This document shows, piece by piece, positions 8,466 to 15,818 of a DNA stretch of 20,240 nt; the stretch's first letter is position 1, and each line of letters starts with the position of its first letter. The stretch lies in contig CAXXSM010000169.1 of NCBI GenBank assembly GCA_963663405.2, positions 1 through 20,240 of the forward strand, read 5' to 3'. This DNA is from a bacterium (GTDB lineage: Bacteria; Hinthialibacterota; Hinthialibacteria; Hinthialibacterales; Hinthialibacteraceae). The notes beneath the pieces were generated by a model. That model was not told the origin of the DNA and made no database searches. It was given only the letters and a program-made list of their open reading frames with translations. Both the position numbers and the translations under genes were made by a program.

Positions 8466-8513
8466 AACGAGTTTAAAGGATCATTTCGTGAATAATGAAA
8501 GATAGTGTATGGT

Positions 8514-8621
8514 ATGTATAGCAAGGTTGTCAAGACTGATAAGAAGAATGGGTTTATTGTGCGTTACCGACGGTGTTTGTGCACGAAGTGTGGGAAGAGT
8601 TATTCGACGGTGGAGAAGTGA
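8514..8621 (+). pseudogene. Headless second copy of the 3' end of the zinc-ribbon gene
   Basis: MYSKVVKTDKKNGFIVRYRRCLCTKCGKSYSTVEK* is gaplessly colinear with 5474-5580. Hand count: 25/34 aa and 75/105 nt identical. Confidence 0.85.
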
Positions 8622-8635
8622 GATCAGATGTTAAT

Positions 8636-8714
8636 GGTGGGCTACACTTCGCTTAATGCTCTGGCGCAAGCGCCCAAAAGCCCGGCGCAAGCACCGGTAT
8701 TTAGCCCACCCTAC
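8636..8714 (-). repeat. GTAG-family REP-like palindrome carrying a two-hairpin insert
   Basis: Minus strand reads GTAG GGTGGGCTA ... TAGCCCACC, a 9-bp perfect stem (8636-8644/8702-8710). The interior holds AAATACCGGTGCTTGCGCCGG and GGCGC-TT-GCGCC. Confidence 0.75.
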
Positions 8715-8770
8715 AAGGCTAACACTTTTTAGTTTGTCATGCAGGACTATTCATCATTAAATAATTTCAA

Positions 8771-8799
8771 TTGACATTCATAAGCTATCATTGTAGTAT
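8771..8799 (+). promoter_or_regulatory. Sigma70-type promoter upstream of the 223-aa gene
   Basis: TTGACA (8771-8776), 17 nt, TAGTAT (8794-8799). Confidence 0.55.
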
Positions 8800-8849
8800 G
8801 AATTCATTCTGATTACTTATATATGAAAAAAATATAAATCAATTACAAA

Positions 8850-9521
8850 ATGAAAATCATGGATATCTCAGATTTTGAATTTCCTGACTTTAGAAGATCA
8901 TGTTTTAAATGTGGAACATCCATCAGTGATTATGAGTGGGGATTTTATATAAATGCCCGGAATCCCAATCGTTTTGAGTGTTTATGCAAATCTTGCGAGC
9001 CTGAGAAGAATGATGTATGGATTGACGGTTTCCACCCCTTTTCTAAGACATTTTATGCAGATACCTATGGCCGTCTTGAAATTAATTACCAACGACTATG
9101 GTGGAGTTATAGATTCAAGGAAATACTATCGCGACTTCCTGTGATTTCAAAAGATCGTTTTTATAGTATTACAGTGGATTCAAATGATTTCGCAGATGTA
9201 ATGATTAAAGATCTCATTGCAAAAAAGCCTATTCCATCAGTGACATGGGCTGGTTTTTACTTATCATTAAAAAAAGTAACACATAGAGTCAGATTATTCT
9301 GGAATTCATTTGGAACTCAATTACCCCACCCTTATATCTGGGATTGTCGTTTAATTAGTCACTTTGATATTAGACGTATACTGACCATTTCATTAAGAGC
9401 AAGAGATATGTACGCAGACACAAATTATGGTTATACATTCTACCCCAAGTATATGTATGTAGCTCGAATAGATATTGAAGCATGGTATGTTTGGATAGAA
9501 AAGGCCAATTGGGAATACTGA
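8850..9521 (+). CDS. Hypothetical protein, AT-rich, with N-terminal Cys cluster
   Basis: 223-aa ORF with CFKC...CLCKSC, rich in aromatic residues, with its own promoter. No family recognised. Confidence 0.7.
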   Translation: MKIMDISDFEFPDFRRSCFKCGTSISDYEWGFYINARNPNRFECLCKSCEPEKNDVWIDGFHPFSKTFYADTYGRLEINYQRLWWSYRFKEILSRLPVISKDRFYSITVDSNDFADVMIKDLIAKKPIPSVTWAGFYLSLKKVTHRVRLFWNSFGTQLPHPYIWDCRLISHFDIRRILTISLRARDMYADTNYGYTFYPKYMYVARIDIEAWYVWIEKANWEY

Positions 9522-9633
9522 TTAAACCAACTAGGAAGAAATATGGAAATCAGGCCGTCAGGCAGGATATAATATGGATCGAGTTGAGTGAATGAATGGT
9601 ACTATCAGGTTGTTTCTCGTTCAGTACAAATTA

Positions 9634-12600
9634 CTATCCCGTGCTTGTTATTTCTTCTGCTATTAGTTCGGCTTGTTTTAGTACTGTTTCTGTGGCTAGT
9701 CTTTGCATGTCGGGGGGGTAGCCATATTTTCTTAAGGTTCTTTTTACAATGATCTTTAATCTTGATCTTACGCTTTCCCTGATTGTCCAGTCGATGGAGG
9801 CGTTGGCTTTTACTTTTTCGAATAAGACTACAGCCAGTTCTCTCAGTTTGTCTTTTCCCATTACTTCACGTGCGCTCTCGTTGTTGGCTATGGCTGTATA
9901 AAAAGCGTATTCATAATCAGTTAGCCCCATTTCTTCGGGCTCTTTATCCATTTCTTGTATTTTTTTCCCTAATTGAATGAGTTCTTCGATCACTTCCGCC
10001 GCTGTTAAAATCTTGTTGTGATAATTTTTTATGGAATTTTCCAATAGTTCCATGAGGGATTTGCTCTGGATTAGATTCGTTTTGGTTCTTGATTTGATTT
10101 CATCATTCAGGAGTTTTTTCAATACTTCCAGGGCGATGTTTTTGTGCTCCATGTTTTTGACTTCCAGAAGAAATTCTTCTGAAAGGATGGAAATATCTGG
10201 TTTTTTGATCCCGGCGGCATCGAATACATCGATGACTTTATCGGTCACTAACGCTTTATCGATCACCTGTCTGATGGCTGTTTCGATTTCTTCGTCTGTT
10301 TTGCCTGTGCCGGTGCTGTCGAATTTGACTAAGCGGGATTTTACTGCTTGGAAGAATGAGATTTCATCTTTGACATCCATCGCTTCTTCGTGGGGAATGG
10401 CAATGGAAAACGCTTGGGATAGAGCGGTTACTTCGTCTATGTATCTCTTTTTTCCGTTTTCCAGGCTAAGGATGTGCTCTTCGGCGGCGAGTATTATCGA
10501 TAGTTTTTTTCCTGTGTCCGCATCGAAATATTCTTCATAGGGGAAGCCATGGAACATCTGGGAAACGATTTCCAGTTTTTCTTGCATCAATTGTACTGCT
10601 TTTTCCTGCGCGACGGTTGGATCACCTTTGCCTCCGCTGTCTGAATAAAACGACAACGCTTTTTTGAGGTCTGACGCAATGCCCAGGTAATCTACTATGT
10701 GCCCGCCGGTTTTGTCCTTGTAGACGCGATTTACCCGCGCTATGGCCTGCATGAGATTATGGCCTTTCATGGGTTTGTCTATATAAAGGGTATGCAGGCA
10801 AGGCACATCAAAACCGGTTAGCCACATATCACAGACAATCACTAATTTGAGTTCATCATCAGGATCTTTCATCCGATCGGCCAAGATTCTGCGCTGCTCT
10901 TTAGATGTATGGTGTTTGGCTATTTCTGGGCCGTCAGCGGAATCGGATGTCATGACTACTTTGATGATCCCTTTTTTGAGATCGTCATTATGCCACTGTG
11001 GTTTTATGGAAATAATTTCTTTGTACATATCGGCGGCGATCCGGCGAGAAATGGTTACAATCATGGCCTTGCCTTCGAATACTTCCTGCCGCTGTTCGAA
11101 ATGGCTGATCATATCCTGGGCTACTTGTTTGATACGTTTTTCACTACCGATGAGCGCTTCCAGATGTGTCCACTTGATTTTAGCGTTTTGGGTGACAGTC
11201 AATTCACTTGTTTCTAGTTCTCCATCTAAATCAGAAACAAGTTGTTTTCCTTCATCACTGAGGTAAATCTTCGCAAGTCTGCTTTCGTAATAAATCTTGA
11301 CTGTCGCCCCATCTTCAACCGCTTGCGCAATATCGTAAATATCAACGTAGTTCCCAAATACGGCGGGTGTGTTGATATCTTGTTTTTCAATCGGTGTTCC
11401 CGTAAATCCAAGATAAGTGGCATTGGGGAGCGCGTCCCGCATGTATTTGGCGAAGCCATAGACGATTTTTTTACCGATGACATTTCCATCTTCATCTTTG
11501 TCATCGATTGTTTTGGCTTTAAAACCATACTGTGTCCGGTGGGCTTCATCGGCAATGACAATGATGTTCTCTCTTTCTGACAGGGTTTCATAAACATTGC
11601 CCTCTTCGGGTTGGAATTTCTGGATAGTGGTAAACACTACGCCGCCCGATGCTACTTTGAGAAGTTCCTTTAAATTGTCTCTGTTTTCTGCTTGTATTGG
11701 TTCTTGTCTGAGAAGTTGTTTTGACGCGGCGAAGGTATCAAATAGCTGGTCGTCCAGATCGTTTCTGTCTGTAATGACTAGAATCGTTGGATTATCCATC
11801 AATAGGACAATCTTTCCCGCATAAAAAACCATTGATAGGGATTTTCCGCTTCCCTGGGTATGCCAGACTACGCCACCTTTCCGGTCTCCCACTGGTTGAG
11901 AATTTACGTTTGAAAGAGCATTGTCAACGTGTGGGGCAGTTATCAGTAGTCCATCTAGATTTTTTGTATAGCCGGACGCCCGCAAAGTTGATTCTACGGC
12001 TTTGTTTACCGCATAGTATTGGTGATAGGAAGCGAGTTTCTTTATAGTTTGTATGGTGATAATACCGGTTTCTTTGTCCTCTTTTTTTGATTCTTCGAAT
12101 ACAATGAAATGGCGTATTAAATCCAATAGGGTTTTCTTATTCAGCATTCCCTTGATTAGAGTTTCCAACTGGCCTATGAGCGGAGAGGCTTCAACTTTGC
12201 CATCCGCTGTTTTCCAAGCCATAAAACGGGTCAATCCGGCGGAGATTGTACCGGCTTTTGCATCATGACCATCTGAAATAATCATTAAGCCATTATAGGT
12301 GAATAGGCTTGGGATTGCCTGTTTATAAGTCTGGAATTGTTTGTATGCCGATTTTATAGTTGCTTTTTCTTTCACTGGATTTTTGAGTTCAAAAACAACC
12401 AGAGGAAGACCATTGATAAAAAGAATTACATCTGGGCGTTTGTTTACGTTGTTTTCGATGACGGTAAATTGATTCACAACGAGAAAATCGTTATTTTCTG
12501 GATTTTTGAAATCAATGAGCCAAACCAGATCTCCCCGGCTGTGGCCATCTCTGTGAAAAGTTACATTGATCCCCTCTGTCAACATTCGGTGAAAGGATTC

Positions 12601-12801
12601 GTTGTTGGTGATGAGTTCAGGGGAATTAAGCCTTTGGATCTGCTTGATCGCTTCTTCGCGGATATCTGAAGGTATAGACGGATTGATCCTACCGACGGCT
12701 GACTGAAGGCGCTCAAGGAGCAGCACATCTTCAAAGTTTTGTCTTTCTGGTGTTTCGCTGTCAGGGGCAATGGAAGGAGCGTAGATGTATTGATAGCCCT
12801 G
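9634..12801 (-). CDS. hsdR: Type I restriction endonuclease subunit R, 5'-truncated by IS3
   Basis: Nuclease motif RPDVILFINGLPLVVFELKN, Walker A HTQGSGKS, DEAHR, FTGTP, LMQAIARVNR, DUF3387-type C-terminus. Native sequence begins at QGYQYIY; the ATG at 12831 lies inside the IS end. Confidence 0.93.
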   Translation of the reverse strand, partial: QGYQYIYAPSIAPDSETPERQNFEDVLLLERLQSAVGRINPSIPSDIREEAIKQIQRLNSPELITNNESFHRMLTEGINVTFHRDGHSRGDLVWLIDFKNPENNDFLVVNQFTVIENNVNKRPDVILFINGLPLVVFELKNPVKEKATIKSAYKQFQTYKQAIPSLFTYNGLMIISDGHDAKAGTISAGLTRFMAWKTADGKVEASPLIGQLETLIKGMLNKKTLLDLIRHFIVFEESKKEDKETGIITIQTIKKLASYHQYYAVNKAVESTLRASGYTKNLDGLLITAPHVDNALSNVNSQPVGDRKGGVVWHTQGSGKSLSMVFYAGKIVLLMDNPTILVITDRNDLDDQLFDTFAASKQLLRQEPIQAENRDNLKELLKVASGGVVFTTIQKFQPEEGNVYETLSERENIIVIADEAHRTQYGFKAKTIDDKDEDGNVIGKKIVYGFAKYMRDALPNATYLGFTGTPIEKQDINTPAVFGNYVDIYDIAQAVEDGATVKIYYESRLAKIYLSDEGKQLVSDLDGELETSELTVTQNAKIKWTHLEALIGSEKRIKQVAQDMISHFEQRQEVFEGKAMIVTISRRIAADMYKEIISIKPQWHNDDLKKGIIKVVMTSDSADGPEIAKHHTSKEQRRILADRMKDPDDELKLVIVCDMWLTGFDVPCLHTLYIDKPMKGHNLMQAIARVNRVYKDKTGGHIVDYLGIASDLKKALSFYSDSGGKGDPTVAQEKAVQLMQEKLEIVSQMFHGFPYEEYFDADTGKKLSIILAAEEHILSLENGKKRYIDEVTALSQAFSIAIPHEEAMDVKDEISFFQAVKSRLVKFDSTGTGKTDEEIETAIRQVIDKALVTDKVIDVFDAAGIKKPDISILSEEFLLEVKNMEHKNIALEVLKKLLNDEIKSRTKTNLIQSKSLMELLENSIKNYHNKILTAAEVIEELIQLGKKIQEMDKEPEEMGLTDYEYAFYTAIANNESAREVMGKDKLRELAVVLFEKVKANASIDWTIRESVRSRLKIIVKRTLRKYGYPPDMQRLATETVLKQAELIAEEITSTG

Positions 12802-12871
12802 TATACTGTACCCCAAAATTCGGACAGCCATCTAAGGTAGGTTACCTCGAAGCCGACAATAGGTAGAAGAG

Positions 12872-13171
12872 GTGAACCAAATGATGAAAATGCGAAAAAA
12901 TTTTGATGGAGCGTTCAAAGGCAAAGTGGCACTGGAGGCAATCAAAGGAGAGAAGACCTTAACCCAGATAGCGAGCGATTACAAAATTCATGTGAGCCAG
13001 ATTCGACAGTGGAAAAAGCGCCTGTTGGAAGAAATCCCAGGCTTGTTTTCACGCAAGCAAGAAAAGAGTCAAGCGGAAGCCGAAGAACTGACGTCGGAAC
13101 TTTACCGCCAGATTGGGCAAATGAAAGTCGAACTTGATTGGGTAAAAAAAAAGTCTAACGTGCTCAGTTAA
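12872..13171 (+). CDS. IS3 transposase OrfA (HTH)
   Basis: FKGKVALEAIKGEKTLTQIASDYKIHVSQIRQWKK...LYRQIGQMKVELDWVKKKS. A9 run at 13144-13152. Confidence 0.9.
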   Translation: MNQMMKMRKNFDGAFKGKVALEAIKGEKTLTQIASDYKIHVSQIRQWKKRLLEEIPGLFSRKQEKSQAEAEELTSELYRQIGQMKVELDWVKKKSNVLS

Positions 13172-13991
13172 GAAAAGACGAAGTTGGATCGAACTAACTA
13201 ATTCTGAGATTTCAATAAAGAGGCAATGTGAATTGCTGGGGTTGTCTCGTTCAGGATTTTATTATCAACCCGTGGGCGAATCAGCCGAAAATGTAGCGCT
13301 GATGAACCTGCTTGATGAACAATATACCCGGACACCGTTTTACGGAATTCGGAAAATGCAGAAATGGTTGAGAACTCTAGGACGGGTTGTGAATAAGAAA
13401 CGAATCGGTCGTTTAATGCGAGTGATGGGCTTGGAGACGATCTACCCGAAGCCTCGTTTGAGCCTCGGAAATGTTCAGCATAAGAAATATCCATACCTGT
13501 TGAAGGGAGTGAAAATCGAAAGACCCAATCACGTGTGGAGCACCGATATCACCTATATACGTATGCGCCAAGGATTTGTTTACCTGGTGGCGATCTTAGA
13601 CTGGTTTAGTCGTTATGTGGTGTCATGGAAAGTCTCCACTTCGATGGAGGTTGACTTTTGCCTCGAAGCGTTGGAGATGGCTTTTGAAATTGATAAGCCA
13701 ACGATCTTCAACAGTGACCAAGGCTCTCAATTCACAAGCACGGATTTTACGAGTCGCTTGAAGAAAGAGAGGACTCTCATCAGCATGGATGGAAGAGGCC
13801 GAGTGTTCGATAATATTTTCGTCGAACGGTTATGGCGGTCAGTGAAATATGAGGAGGTCTATATCAAAAGTTACGAAACGGTGAATGATTGTGTGCGCGG
13901 ACTAACGGATTATTTTCAGTTCTACAATAATGAGCGTCTACACCAAGCCTTGGGATATAAGACGCCGCTTCAGGTTTATAGAGAACACTAG
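13149..13991 (+). CDS. IS3 transposase OrfB (DDE integrase core), open from the A-run
   Basis: SIKRQCELLGLSRS, WSTDITY, NSDQGSQFTS, DNIFVERLWRSVKYE, YNNERLHQALGYKTP. Confidence 0.92.
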   Translation, partial: KSLTCSVKKRRSWIELTNSEISIKRQCELLGLSRSGFYYQPVGESAENVALMNLLDEQYTRTPFYGIRKMQKWLRTLGRVVNKKRIGRLMRVMGLETIYPKPRLSLGNVQHKKYPYLLKGVKIERPNHVWSTDITYIRMRQGFVYLVAILDWFSRYVVSWKVSTSMEVDFCLEALEMAFEIDKPTIFNSDQGSQFTSTDFTSRLKKERTLISMDGRGRVFDNIFVERLWRSVKYEEVYIKSYETVNDCVRGLTDYFQFYNNERLHQALGYKTPLQVYREH

Positions 13992-14327
13992 AAAACTTGA
14001 CGGTCCAAGAACTTTGCGTTTGAGTTTTTTAAGGCATTGGCAAATGCTCTGGATTATCTTGAAATGATCGAAAAAAGGGGATGATCTGATACGTCTCCCT
14101 GACGGCAATCCGTCGCACACGCACCAGGATATCCCTTGACCGGTTGCTCTACAGCAGAACCGATCTCCGTTTCTCCTGGTAGTGTATAATATCGGAAAGT
14201 TTTATGAGAATCTGGAATCATCATGATTTCCGGATCCCAAATAAGGAGACTTGAGTTGAACGAAATCGAGGTTGAAAACCTACTTTAAATTTCCTTGATT
14301 CCTGTCTTGACAATGGGGTACACCTCA

Positions 14328-14403
14328 TTCTTTGTCTCCATATTTCCGGGAAATCGTACTCGGCTTCATTTTTCCAATTGCGAAGCGGGTATTTTTCACT
14401 CAT
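14328..14403 (-). pseudogene. 5' stub of a gene coupled to the integrase, cut by IS3
   Basis: ATG overlaps the integrase stop (ATGAGTGA) after GAGGA. MSEKYPLRNWKNEAEYDFPEIWRQR then enters the IS right end. Confidence 0.5.
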
Positions 14404-15572
14404 TGATAGCGTCCTCTTTAAGTTCTGAGTATTGAACGATATTTTGTCCATGTTCTTCTAACGCCTCTTTCAAAGGATCTTGGCTTAGATGAGCATAAAC
14501 TTTTTGAGTTGTTGTCACGTCCGCATGGTTAAGAATTTTACTGACAATATGAAGGGAATATCCCGCTGTGGCAAGCATACTGCCAACGGTACGCCGAAGG
14601 TCATGCAATCGCACATCTTCAAGCCCCGCCGCTCTTCGAACCTTTCTCCAAGGTATATCAATGTTGACTAAGTGACGCCCTTGTTTTCGTCCTGGTAGAA
14701 TGTAAGGATTGCCTTGAAGGTGGGGTAATTCTTTCAGAATTTCAATAGCCAATTTGCACAATGGGACATAATGCGTTCTACCTGTTTTTGTGTCGGGTAA
14801 TCGTAATTCGCCCCGATTCAAATCAACATTATCCCAACGGGCAGTAAGTAATTCTTTTTTTCGAACTCCTGTAAGCAGGTATAGCCAAAGAGCCGATCTG
14901 ATGTAGATGTTTTCATGTTCATTAATTGCTTTTATCAGTTGGGGCAATTCGTCCGGTTTAATCCACCGATCCCGTTTCTGTTCCTTGAACTTTTGGATTC
15001 CACGAGCGGGATTTACACATCCTTCTGGGAGTAGGCCATTCTTTCGGGCGTATTCAAACATAAACCGATAACAAAGCAAGATTTCGATTTGCTTCATACG
15101 GATGGTCTTCACCTAGCCGATTATGAAATTTAATAATGTCAGAACGCTTTACCGCATAGATTTTCACTTTGCCGATTGCGGGGATGATATGAATTCGAGC
15201 GCGTCTATCATCTTCACCCCAACTCTTTTTATGCTTTTTGGCGTAATCCTCGATGAAAATCTCGCATAAGTCTGCAACAGTACGGCCTTTTGAAAAATCG
15301 TTTTTTTCCTCTAAAGGATCACGGCCTTCGATAATCTCAAATAATTTCTTCTTGGCAACCATCCGGGCTTGATCCAGCGTCATCTTTCCATAGCGGCCTA
15401 AAATCATTCTTCTCTGACGTCCGTTAATCCGGTAATCGATGAGAAACGATTTTGTTCCAGATGAGTAAACTCTAACAGCGAAACCGGGAACGACATCATC
15501 AAAGACAATATGCGGCTTCTTGTTTTCGCCTTTGTACTTCAGGCTATCGATTTTACTTTTGGTCAGTCTCAT
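14396..15572 (-). pseudogene. P4-type tyrosine integrase with N-terminal arm-binding domain, split by a +1 frameshift at 15062-15064 (or a sequencing error)
   Basis: PGFAVRVYSSGTKSF...LGRYG arm domain; catalytic TGVRKKE, TKTG, HDLRR, LNH, VYAH. Removing one T from TCG GTT T ATG gives LALLSVMFEYA and a 391-aa protein. Confidence 0.88.
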
Positions 15573-15604
15573 GAGATGATCCTTTGGTTAGTCTTGTGGT
15601 TTCG

Positions 15605-15624
15605 GGAGTCAACCAGGAGTCAAC
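15605..15624 (+). repeat. Tandem direct repeat, putative arm-type site of the left integrase
   Basis: GGAGTCAAC at 15605 and 15616 (11-bp period), between the integrase start and the att core. Confidence 0.6.
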
Positions 15625-15732
15625 AGATTATAGCGTATTCTGTGATAGTAGTATAGTAGGAAAATCTCATAAAAGCCAATAATAATAGGAGTTTATCGTA
15701 GGGTGTGAAAGGCGGTGTTATTGATGCTACAA

Positions 15733-15776
15733 GACTTCGGATCAGGCGGTTGGGGGTTCGAGTCCCTCCCGGCGCG
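15733..15776 (+). other. 3' half of tRNA-Arg(UCG), att duplication; not an intact tRNA
   Basis: GA-CTTCGGA-TCAGG anticodon loop (TCG), variable loop CGGTT, T-arm GGGGG-TTCGAGT-CCCTC, acceptor strand CCGGCGC-G. No complementary GCGCCGG or D-arm upstream. Confidence 0.85.
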
Positions 15777-15818
15777 TATTGATTTTACTGGACTTACGTT
15801 TCATTTCTCATAATCCTC

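Larger units (their letters stand above)
12802..14327 (+). mobile_element. IS3-family insertion sequence, about 1526 bp, no target-site duplication
   Basis: Left end TATACTGTACCCCAAAATTCGGACAG; right end (reverse complement) TGAGGTGTACCCCATTGTCAAGACAG; orfA/orfB arrangement. Flanks CCTG and TTCT do not match. Confidence 0.9.

Noticed and set aside
5474-8621. Diversity-generating retroelement TR/VR pair
   Set aside because: Differences are not adenine-specific (many C/T and G/T third-position changes) and there is no reverse transcriptase in the window.
9783-12770. Numerous antisense or alternative-frame ORFs within hsdR
   Set aside because: Shadow ORFs of a well-supported gene, with no motifs.
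12802-12831. ATG at 12831 as the native hsdR start
   Set aside because: It lies within the IS3 left end, and the first ten residues do not resemble an HsdR N-terminus.
15700-15780. Intact tRNA-Arg gene
   Set aside because: The 5' acceptor strand, D-arm and most of the 5' anticodon stem are missing.
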